This document shows positions 12,096 to 23,911 of a stretch of DNA of 64,000 bases, piece by piece. A model generated the notes under the pieces. It worked only from the letters and a program-made list of their open reading frames with translations, had not been told where the DNA came from and did no database searches. The number at the start of each line of letters is the position of its first letter. The first letter of the stretch is position 1. This stretch comes from Lepidodermella squamata. Taxonomy: Eukaryota; Animalia; Gastrotricha. The position numbers were made by a program, and so were the translations under genes. The stretch lies in assembly GCA_047495785.1 (NCBI GenBank), contig JBLDXI010000028.1:1905462-1969461 (forward strand), read 5' to 3'.

Positions 12096-14435
12096 ATGGA
12101 AGTTCGCGTGAATTCCTCGAATACAAGTTGTCCAGTGGAGGCGGTATGTGCATTAATGTTAATGATCATTCTTTAATTTTAAAACTTACCCCTTGAAGGC
12201 TCTTACGTGTGCAGTCTGCCTCGAATTGGCAACTGACCCAAAAATGCTCCCACAATGCGGTCATTCATTCTGCTCAAAATGCATCGAATCAATATTGAAG
12301 AAAACGCCGAAATTCGCTCAATTTGCGTGCCCAGAGTGCCGCTGTAAGGCCAATGTATCCATGGATTCTATCAAGCGTGAGATCTGCAATATTTGTTCAT
12401 CGTTTACGTCATTGATTCATATTTTTTATAGCTAATATTGCAGTGAAGCGAGCTGTTCAAGTGTTGAGGGAAGAAAATGAAAACATGAAAAAATCGAAGC
12501 TGGGCGAATCTTGCCTGCATCTGTCTAATTTATCGCGATCTAACGCCGAAATATGTGGCCATTGCGCCACACAATTTTGCCCATCTTGTTTCGTCGCTCA
12601 TCTGGAACACATTCGTGGCGAGATATTTCTCTCCCACTATTGGGTTAGATTGTTTCAAAAATATCAACTGGACCTTTACTTTTGCTATTACAGATCGAAA
12701 CCAGGCGTGAAGCTGCACGATGCCATGCCCAGAGTCAACTTGATGTTATTCGCACGGCAGTCAGCAAGGATGCAGAATATTTTGAGAAGGAAATTCAAAA
12801 GACGGGAGAAAATTTGGTGGCATTGTTCAAAGATGCCATTAAACAGCGTTGCGATTTTCTGATTAGCCAACTCGGGCAACTTAAGGCTGATCAGCTGCGT
12901 TCATTGGAGAGTATTGCGGAACCGATGGCCGAAGAAGCTGATATTGCCGAATTGCTCAAGGATGTGCAATCGGCTTCGCTTTTATTTAACTCTGGCGAAA
13001 AATTCACGCGGCTACATAAAACTGTAACAAGACAGGCTCAGAATGTATGATTGATTATCAGCTTTCTCATTTTTTACCAGTTGTTGATTTCCAGGTTGCT
13101 AATATGCTGACCATTGAGAGCAGTGAAATAGCGAGCCGGAGATTCATGGCGGTTCTCTTCGAGGAAAATTTTGTGGATACAATTAAGAGTAAATTGGAGC
13201 AAAGTTTCTTGTTTGTCAATCAACTACCGACAAGGGAGAAAACGGATGCCAAGGTCAAATTTAACCATTAAACACACAAAATATTCAGATGTATTGCCTT
13301 TAACCAGGAATTGATATACCGCGAATTTCATCAGGCAGCAAAAAATGGAAAGGCCGAGGAATTTAAAGATTTCCTTAGCAAGGTCCCGGAAGCTGGACTA
13401 AATTTGATAATTCGGCATGTTGATGAAACTGATCAAGGAAGAACTGTTTTGCATCAAGCAGTGGCTTCAGGATCAATGGAAATCGTCAAACTTCTATTGC
13501 CTCGCTTTTCATCGGACGAACTGAAATCAGCTGATTCGAATGGTCAAACCATTTGCCATCTTGCAGCATGCTTCCCAGAGATACTAGATTATATCTTGAC
13601 AGTCGAATCATCAATCGTGCGCATGGTAGATGGAAATGGCCGAACGGTTTTGCATTTGATGGCTAACAATCACGTTGAAGCTGTTCGAATGATAGCGAGC
13701 AGAGATGTAAGCATGTTGAATGCCACTTCTTGGAATGGCTATACTGCTTTCCTCGCGGCTTGCTTCAAGGGCAAAGTTGAGGTGATGAAGGAGTTGCTAG
13801 CGACATGCCGTGATCAAAGGGTCAATGATTACTCCGCAATCCATGTGGCCATAATCAGAGGTAATTTGGAAGTAGCAGCGTTTCTCATAGATAATGGTTT
13901 CGATGTGAGATGCACGAAAGGCTCCAGTCTGTCACCATTTTCTCGCGCTGTTGAGGCAGGGTGTTTACCTATTGTCAAATACATGCTCGAAAAATGCCCT
14001 GCAGCTTACAGCGAAACGGCGTTGCGCCATGCTGCCAGATGCAAAAGTGACGCCGATGCCAAATTAATGATTTCTTATTTCGTTGAGACGTACTCCACCC
14101 CGGTTAATTTGAAATATTCATTCTCACCGCCTACCGCATTGATGATTTGCACTTCGGCTAATCATCCACTATCGTTTGAGTACTTGATGAGCAAGGGGGC
14201 CGACCCTGCTCTTGTTGATGATTGCGGGAACAACGCCCTTCATATCGCGGTTGAAAAGCAGTCACAGGCCGTGATCGACTGCATTCTGGGACTTCCCGTC
14301 GCTGGACAGCTGTTGCGGTGCAAAAATGCATCCGGTCTGACGCCGATCGGTGTTGCGAAAGCTAACTACGCAAACGATCTTGTCAAACGGATGCGTCAAA
14401 TCGTCAAGGCGCAGATTGGCTGCGAACATGTGTGA
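12096..14435 (+). CDS. TRIM-like RING/B-box/coiled-coil/ankyrin gene 4 (subfamily A)
   Basis: Exon 1 12096-12143. RING exon from 12199 (CAVC...CGHSFCSKC...CPEC). B-box-like CLH...CGHC...CPSC...H. Ankyrin exon 13308-14435 is paralogous to gene 1. Confidence 0.85.
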
Positions 14436-14866
14436 CTTATATGCCTGCTTAACGTAGTTTTTGTCCTTATTTTTTAGCGAAAGTGAAGTATGGGCAAAAG
14501 AGATTCTTTCTGAATACATTTTCGGCAATTCTTACCGGCCCAAAACTTGTTTAAGATTTGGAATACTGCGAATAGTTTTAACCATTTCAAAGTTGAGTTA
14601 ATAATGAATAATTGTTGAGGATCCGATTCCAGATATTATTGATTTCTCTCTACGGCCTACGGCTGGTTTATCTTGAAACGTATCTGCCATTCTAGAACTG
14701 CATTTTATTAGCTGAAGCTCTTCAGTCGACATGGTAAACGACTTGCCAAACAGTGCAATTTTTGAGGTTTTTTTGGATACAAATTATGCTACGAAGTAGA
14801 ATAAATGGAATGAGAGCAAACATAATTAGCTCTTTTGTATAGTTTTTCTTATTTATTTTATTTGTA

Positions 14867-17800
14867 ATGGCTGATTCAAAACCGAAGACTGTCCGGAGTT
14901 CGATCGCCGAGGTAATTTTCGACAACCCTCAGCAAATGAAATTTAGCGCTCATTATTCAGGCTTTAAGCTGTGCCGTATGCTTGGAACTGAGCTCTGAAG
15001 CTAAAATGCTGAATGAATGCGGTCATTCGATTTGTTCCGCATGTCTTACAAAGCTGATTGACGATAAGAAAAGATCTGTGAAGTGCCCTGAATGCAGATC
15101 CGAGACTGTTTTGCCAAAAAGTGGACTCGCAGCCCTACGCACAAATTTCGCCGTCAAACGGGCAATCGAAGCTCTGCGTAGTAATGAAACAACCGCTGCG
15201 AGGACGGCGAAATTGGGCGAATGTTGCAACCATTTGGCGTTTGCTCAAAAAGACGCTATCACGCAATGCAAGCACTGCGGAGGGAACTTCTGCTCAATGT
15301 GCTACCGGTTTCATTTGGAAAGGATAAGGCTCGAGGCCAGATATGCCAGTTATAATGTGAGCTTTTCCGTTGATTGATATTCTAGAGGCCATTGACCTGA
15401 AAAATCTGTTATTTCAGCTTCGAGAAATGTATGATTCATCAATTTCCCGCATGAACGATCAGTATGAAGAAATTCGTTCAAAAATTGAAAAGGAAGCTAA
15501 CGAAATCTACGAGAAAATTGATGCGAGTTGCAAGGCGCTGATTGGCGCACTTGAAAAAGCTGTGATGGAGCGGGCTTTGCAGCTTAAGACGAAAACTGGA
15601 GAGCTAAAAAAGACTCAACTTGAACATCTGGAGAAAGTAATTTCAAACAAGCAGCTTGATGGATTGGAAGAAACTGAAAAGTTGGCCACGGAGTGCATTG
15701 ATCAGTCGCTGTTATACGTCTCCGACAGCAGCGTCTTGAAATTTTATGAACTATCGAAAGCGACACGCCGCAAGGTATCTGCAACTTTATGTTTTGTATT
15801 TCTATTTGGGCTTGAGTTGGAGAGAAAAGTAGAGCAAAGGAAAAGTATTTATGATTTTTATGATAAACTCAAGCTTTCGTCTTGCCGATATAGCCCACCG
15901 CTAAAATGAGCAAGTTTTACGATATTTTTTGTCGTTGCAAACGTCTGGCGAAAAAATATAAATAGGAGTATGTTGGTGTCCTTTTTGTCAAGTAACAGAG
16001 AGCTTCGTAGCTGATGTGGGATATAAGGCCGTCGAGGATCAGCGTGCGACGTGGGTTTAGCGCTTCGAGTCAAGCCATTCAAATATCGCGACTTGCGCGC
16101 CAGAACAGTGTGGCGGAAATAAAAATATGTGGCGTTCTGTCCAACAAGTGGTTTCGATCTTACCATTAAATATTGCTTTCAACGCTCGAAATATGCGCCG
16201 ATAGCAAGGCTCCTTCTTGGACGTCTTACGGACGAATATTTTCGGAATCACATTTTCCCCACCCTGCCACAATGTGTATCGTAAATAGTTGAAGGAAGAT
16301 CGCGGAACAATCGAAATCATTGGAAAAAGGATGTAAGAAAGATAGTTTTGAATAATTCGTCCCATTCGGAATAATTCGTCGTGAAATAATGTGTCAATCG
16401 GCGCTTCGACCTGTCGCCCGCGCCATTTCGGGCAGAATTATTGCCACGGCATTCCAGCGCCGAATCTTATGCGAACTTTCAGTTTATTTCTATCTCACTT
16501 GCTCATTTCCAAGCAGACAACTCGCGAGCACAGAGGTGATTTGCCTTTCTTGTTTTTCAACTGGCTGGAGAAGTTCGGCTTTGCTTTGAAATCGATGAAA
16601 TCCTGGAAGCCGATGTTGAGAGCCAGCGGGCAGATAAGCCGCCAAATCAGACGATTGCCGGTTCCCTTGAAGATCTTACCAGGCGTTAGAAATATGCCAT
16701 TAGCTGGAGCGGTAGCCTTAACAGTAATCGCACCTCGCCCAGACGAGCAAGCCTTGTGTAGTGACCTTCTTCATGAAAACCCAAGGAAAATTTTATTTTA
16801 GGTAAAAGAGACACAGTGTAAAATGAAACAAAAACTTACCCTTTTCTTCGTGTTCAGTCGAAGGCCGCTTTGCGGTAGATTCGCATTGGATCTGTTTCTT
16901 ATCAAAATTTACGAGTTGCAACGCTGAAGATACCAGGTCGAAATAGTGCCGTATAGCTGAACAGTTGAACGCCTTTGCTCGATTTCACGGCAGATTTTGG
17001 GCCAGTCTTCATAATCGATGATAACAAATGTCTCCTTCGCCTTGGGCGGCGGTTTTCGCCCTAGTAACATCGGAATTCCCTTGTTAGCTGGACGAAGTTT
17101 CGACGAAGTTATGAGAAAAATGGCTCTCATGATGAATAAAGCCGCGATTTTACGATTGTTGAGAAAAGGGTGTAGAAAATTGAGACGCCCACCTACACAG
17201 TTTTCTTGTTAGGCACACCCACCGGGCAGAACTGATATACCAGCTGCGAAGTATCATTTTCAACTCATTTTCAACATTCGGGAATTATGGGGGCGTTTTC
17301 AGTCAGGTCATAGACGACTTTTATTGACTTATCCTTCTTCGCGCCATTACTGTCAGCAGAGAACATAAGAACTGTGTTACGTGAATGGAAAATGTGGAGC
17401 TAGAAATCATACCAATTCCCGTTTTTTCTTCGAAACAACAGATTAAAAGCGTCTGCGTTCTCAAAATCCGTGCCCAAACGGCGATTGTTTAGGGCGTTGC
17501 CATTCATACAATTAGCCAAGTAGTTAATGTAAATTAATGTAAAAATCAGATTATAGTAAAACAACCATTCAATTAATCATTGCTGCTTTATAATTTCTAT
17601 TTGTTTCCCAAATACTAGTGCCATGAACAGTTGCAATATGAACACGGGGAATCGGAATATTCGAAAATCGAATTTTCATGGTTCGAAAATGATCTGCTCG
17701 GCAAATTTTCGGACACGCTGACTAAATTTTCTGCCGTCGGTTTCAAGCAGCCTGTGACCGAGTGCATAACCTATTTGAAGGTAAAAAATTGATATTCCAT

Positions 17801-19382
17801 CGTGAAATGGCATTTGGTTACTAATATATTAGAACATTGAGTACCACGAGGTGCATGACGCTGCTCGTACTGGTGATTTCACCGCGCTCAAACGGCTATT
17901 CGATCAGATTCCGAAATGCTGTGAACCCTTGTTAATCGAACATCGGGATCCTCGTGACTTCAATAGAACACTGTTGCTTCAAGCAGCTGCTGTTGGTTCC
18001 ATTGAAATGACAAATTATCTACTGCAAAAACCTGGAATTGACTACCGAGTAATTGACGCTGCTGGTAGAACTGCTGCTCACATGGCTTCGCAGAATGGTC
18101 ACAAAGAAGTACTGAAAATGTTGCTAACAAAGGAACCTAAATTAAAATCATTGCGGGACAACGAAGGGTTCAATTTGCTTCATCAGGCTTGTTTCGGAGG
18201 TCGCCTTGATGTCGTCAAATTCCTGGTGGAGGATGAGAAATTCGACCTTGAAGCGACTGTTGGAACAAACGACAATACCGCTGCTTTTATAGCAGCTTTT
18301 CGGGGAGTCCTCGATGTTGTCAGTTATTTATTCGAACGAGGAGCAAATTTCGCTCACCGGTCTAAAGATGGAACACTACCCGTAATGCGCGCTGCTGCAA
18401 ACAATAAATTGGACGTGGTTCAGCTGCTCGTTATGAAGAAACCTGAATATTTGAACCAGGTTGATTCAAACGGAGCGTCACTTCTCAATTACGCTGTCTT
18501 GAGCGGTCGTATCGATGTTGTGAGGTAAGCAAGTTTATAATAATGTTGTAGATTTACGTTTATTTCAAATCGGTGGCTGTGCGCGTGCAAGGTGCATTTG
18601 CGTAATAACTTAAAGTTACGAATGAATTTTTTCCGATGCGCTAATCATAAGTGATTACAGCCTGTGTTTTCATATTCTGATCATTGTCCTTCAGGCCCTT
18701 GAATTAGAAGAACTTGGCTTTTCTTCCAAATTCCAGGTGGCTGCTTGATAAACCCGTTGCAATAGAACACAAAAATGACGAAGGTGAAACTGCCCTGTTA
18801 CGAGCTGCGAGGCAAGGGTATTTCGACATTGTAAAGCTGTTGATGGATCATGGAGCAGATCTCACCGCTGAAACAGCCGAGAAAGAAAAATTCTACCATG
18901 TGTGCGCCGAGTCTGGCAATGCCGATTTACTGAAATTGGCACTTGAGTTGTTTCCTGGCTCCGAATTGATACCCGATGGTTACGGATTCACGAGTCTACA
19001 CTGTGCTTCTTATCGGAAAAATGCACTAGATTGCTTGAAACTCCTTGTCGAACGTGTCGGTCATGCTATCGACATGCCAACCGAGCCCAATAAATGGACC
19101 CCTTTGTTGCTAGCTGCGCGGAGCGGTAATACTGCAAGTGTGAATTTTCTGCTTGAAAATGGCGCCGATATAAAGGCGCTCGATAACGACGGCAGAAACA
19201 TGTTACATCTAGCCGTGGATGAAAAACATTACAACATGGTCTCGTATATAATCGAGCGTCAGGACGCCGCTTTCTTCATTAATCAGGCAGATAACGATGG
19301 TGTTACGCCGTTTCAGCTGGCCAGCAACGATGACCATTTTCCGTCTGAAACGTTGAGTAAAATGCAGCAAAGGGTATTGTAG
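14867..19382 (+). CDS. TRIM-like RING/B-box/coiled-coil/ankyrin gene 5 (subfamily B) with an expanded intron 15775-17618
   Basis: MADSKPKTVRSSIAE start. RING and B-box exons, coiled-coil exon to 15774, linker exon from 17619, ankyrin exons ~17833-18525 and ~18737-19382. Confidence 0.85.
15809..17592. mobile_element. 1.8-kb insertion of unknown class with an 11-bp target-site duplication
   Basis: ATTTCTATTTG at 15798-15808 and 17593-17603. Removing the insert restores a 49-bp intron like those of the paralogs. Confidence 0.65.
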
Positions 19383-19636
19383 AATCGATGGCTACAGAAA
19401 ATCTTGAGTCTTAAGAGAATCCTTGATTGGTTTCCTTTCATATGCACTATGTGAACTCGATTTGATTTGAACGAATTTGTTGGATTTAATTTGTTGATAT
19501 CATCAATTAGAATAAATTGCACGTTACCGGCAGCCAGTATTGCTTAAATTGTTGAAAATGTTCCAGACTGGAACCAGGGGCCTAAAACTTTTTTCAAATT
19601 TAGATTTGGATTTTACTTGGAAAATATTCGCGCAAA

Positions 19637-22600
19637 ATGGTGAACGACACATCGCGTACTGCAATTTTTGAGGTTGCTCCACTTCAATTTGATCATAAAC
19701 AAGATTTCTTATTATTCAGTATGTATCAGGCTCTGTGTTGCGCTGTTTGTCTCGAATTATCACCTAATGCGAAAATTTTGACAAATTGCGGGCATACTAT
19801 TTGTGCTGAATGTCTAGCCAAGCTTGTCGAAAAATCAAATAATTCGGCAATATGCCCGGAATGCAGAGAGCAGACTAAGATTCCCAAAGCCGGCTTACGT
19901 ACAAATTATGCTGTCAAACGAGTCGCCGAAATGGTGATGAAAGAAAAAACAAAACCTGCCCTTCGCTTCAAACCGGGCGAAAAATGTAGCCACGCTCACT
20001 TCATCGCTAAATGTGATGTGGAGATTTGTCCGCATTGTGAAGAAAGCTACTGCTCATTATGTTACTTGCTTCATATTGAGCGGGTTAAACTGAAGGCGTT
20101 ATTTTCGTGTCACAAGGTGATCCGAAATTTACAATCTGAAACGCCCTGTGATATTTCTCTGTTTTTCAGATTCGCGAGAAATTTGAGTGTAACACTGCTG
20201 AGGTTGACAAACAAGCTGATTCGATACGCCGTAAAATTGACGAAAACGCTGATTCTGTCAAAGGTCAGATTAAGTCATCCGGCGAAGCTTTGGTGGAATG
20301 GTTCAAGAATGTGATTGATAATCGCTGCGACGAACTGATTGCTAAAGTTGAAGGAATGCGGGGTCGTACACATGAATGTTTTAATGAGTTTATGTCGAAA
20401 GACTGGATGGGCAAGTTGGAGGAGGTGGGAACTCTGGCTTCAACACTCGTAAGCTCGTCGCCGTTGTGCCAGTCCGCTGAAGATGTTATATCATTGCATT
20501 TTCTAGCGAAAGAACAGAGAAGCAAGGTTGGGAGTTATCGATATAAAAACTAATATTAATGGGTGTTTTGCAGTTGGGCGAATTCTTAAACATCGAGAAA
20601 TGCGACGCGGCTAAGTCGAAAATCTCTTTTGCTTACAATCAATCCATCAAGGAGCGTTTAGCTACTGTCATTTCGGAATGCACGAATGTCACCGTTGAAA
20701 GAGACAAAGTCCCAGAGATCGATTTTGAGGTAATTTCTGTGGGTGTACATTTTCCTGCTATCAATTTAGTTTTTTCGCCGACGAAACTAATATCGCCATC
20801 AATTTCGCTAACGGCTTGGTTTTTCTTGCCAACAAAATTTGAAAATTCCCACCAGCGCTGTTATCAGCTGTTCAAAACGTAGATAGCTTGATTTCTAAAT
20901 TTGAAAGGAATTGCTCTTATTCTGCCCTTTTTGTAAATTAATTAAAGCTATGAAAAAGCTTGAAAGACAGAAACCAACAATAAAATGACACGGCCATATA
21001 ACAGAATACATTTTTATTAATTAGCTCAGGCCATAGATAAAGGGAAGCATTTGTTTAAGTTTTTAGACAATTAGATAGAACTCATCAATAGCCCGACAGA
21101 ATAACGTTAACGCGAAACAGCGAACGCAACTAAACAACGTAATTACCACTTGCGACGTAACAGAGCATCGAACTTCATCGAGCTGGTCTAGATATAGAGC
21201 CAATATCAGTCAATATGTCAGTAAATTCATTATTAAATATATTTTCTTTGTAAAATTATGAATGAGACGGCCTCAGTTTTCGGTTGATCTTCGCCAGTCC
21301 TGAATCTTCACCTTGCCAAACCACTGTGTTTTGAAGTACTCATAGACTTGTTGAATTTATGCTTGTTGATTCAGCATTCGACAATTGGTCTTTGATATTA
21401 GTTGAAATGCGGTCGGCACTTTTCGAGCAGGTATAAGCGGCAGGGCCATAAGACGCTTCGCAAGAGTTCAAATAGACGAGCCGGCTGTTGAATAAAGCCC
21501 AATGAAATATTTTTGCTGAATCCAACGAATAACCGACTGTAATTAGGTTGGTTATAACTCAAGTGGAATATTTCTGTATTTGTCCTTTTTGAGTTCGAAG
21601 TGCAAAAAAACAGTGAAAAGGTAGACTTACAATCCAGTTGAAGATTTTATCGGGTCTCAGTTCAGCAACTCACAGATCTTTTCCAGGGCAAGGTTTGAAC
21701 CCCTAAGGATAGCGCCTCTTAAACGGCTAGCGTGGAATTTCAGGAATAGCGGCTTATGCCAAGCATGTCTTCTCCTCAGCCTGGTGCCGCTGTTCGGCGA
21801 TGAATCAGATTTCTTTCGTTGAGCTCGTTCCTTTCTCTCCGGTGCCTAGATTGAGTCAAGCTGCACTTTTGAAGGGATTTTTTAACAAGATCTGTCTGTT
21901 GTATCGAAGAGATAGCTTTGACCATGCAGGCCGCATGTAGCGGCTTTATAAACGACGCGCAGCCCCCAGCTGCTCTAGATAGGCAATGACCATGCCGTCA
22001 AGATGCTGCGGTAATGAGGTAGGGCGTGAAGTAATCGTTGATCGAGAGATAATTAAAATATACAGTGTTGAAACTTGACTCAAAATCAGTTGAGTGTGAG
22101 TTTAGTGTGAGGCTGCTCCACCGCGGTCGTTGCGACCGCGACGTCGTCCATCATGACGAATTTGATCGTTAATTCTTAAATGCGGAAACGTTTGAAGTAT
22201 TCTTATCAGAGCCTTTATATAGAGGATATTGAGCGATATGGCATTAAAGAACGCCTCCGTCGTGTAAAAACTACGATCGTCAATTCAAAGCCCAGATATA
22301 GATATTATTATAGTTTTTCAGTTTTCGATTTCAAATTACAGTTCTAATCTTAATTTATCCCTTTGTTTGCTTCCTAATCTAGGGTGATGCATACCATGAA
22401 TTTCACGCAGCCGCATCCCTTGGAGACGTCGAAGCGCTCAAGGGCCTGATCAGCCGAATTCCGAAAAACTTCGTAAAATTGGTCGTTGATCACCACGACA
22501 AACGAGATTCCGAACGAACTCCTCTGCTTCAGGCTGCTGCTTCTGGTTCAGTCGAAGCAGCTGATTACCTCGTGGCGCTTGGTGCCGACCCATTAGCTGT

Positions 22601-23726
22601 TGATTTGAACAAAAAAGCCATCTTCCATATCGCAGCTAAGCATGGTCATTTAGGTGTGTTAAAAATGTCTCTCGAGAAAAAGCCCGAGATGATGGAGCAA
22701 AGAGATCGATACGGTTTGAATTGCCTTCATGATGCCGCTCTGGCGGGGCAATTAGATGTAGTCAAGTATTTGGTCGAGGATTGTTCTTTTGACTTGAACG
22801 CAAGAGACAGTGGGGTTACTGGGCAAACTGCTGCACATTTGGCTTGCATAAGTGGCAATTTTGAAGTCATAAATTATCTTATTCACAAAGGTGCCAATTT
22901 TAAAATAGCTGACTTCGAACTTGCCCGTACACCAATAGCCGTCGCATGCGCAAGAGGAAATTCTAAACTGTTTCAAATTTTGCTCGATCATGCGCCAAAG
23001 GCTGCTTTGCTACGAGATAAGTTCGGCCAGTCGTTGCAATATCTTGCTGCTGGTAACGGTTATGTTGAAATCGTCCAGAAACTATGTGAGACACTTCCAG
23101 ATTTGCTTGAAATCGTTAATTGCGACGGCTTCACGCCTCTTCTGATAGCTGCTAAATACGGTCAATTGGATGTAGTTAAGCTTCTGGTCACGTTTGGAGC
23201 TGATACAAAAGCTAGAGATAATAATGGCGAAACCATAATTCATCAGTGCGCAAGGTCTGGAAATCTTGAACTGCTGAAATATGCCATGGATTTATACCCA
23301 GCAAGCGACGAGGTTATCGATGATTTTCTTTGGACCCCACTCCACTCAGCAGCGGCGGGTCTGAAAGGGACTGACTGTGTCGATTATTTGCTTCAAAAAA
23401 CTTGGCATATGATCGAATCATGCACGTCTGACCATCTGACACCACTTCTTGTGTCATCGAGAACTGACAACTTGAATATTTTCAAATATCTACTGTCGAA
23501 AGGTGCTAGTCTTTGGGCGACGGCCGACAATGGTGACAATGTTCTCGGCGTGGCACTGAGGAATAAATCTTTCTCCATTGTGTCACATTTACTTGACCTG
23601 CCAGAAGGTAAATTCTTGGTTGTGCATCAGAACAAAAACAAAGAGACTATCAATCAAATTGCTAAGGAGGTCAACCGTTTGCCCGAAGACCTTTTCCGTA
23701 AAATCTCACAGCTTGCATCAGCCTGA
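19637..23726 (+). CDS. TRIM-like RING/B-box/coiled-coil/ankyrin gene 6 (subfamily C)
   Basis: RING CAVC...CGHTICAEC...CPEC. B-box-like CSH...CPHC...CSLC...H. Long intron 20730-22382. Single ankyrin exon 22383-23726. Confidence 0.88.
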
Positions 23727-23911
23727 GCAGTTTTCAATTACAGGCAATTTCCGCATATGCCGAACAATTTTGAAGTTGAATAAATTATTCTTTGTCTAAT
23801 TTTTGTTTGTCTTCTTAATGCTTGCTATGTTTGCGACTGGAACCCAGAACCTACATTTTTCTGCCTTTTTACCATTTAGGAGCGGCCTTTACGTGAAATT
23901 ATTCATTCAGA

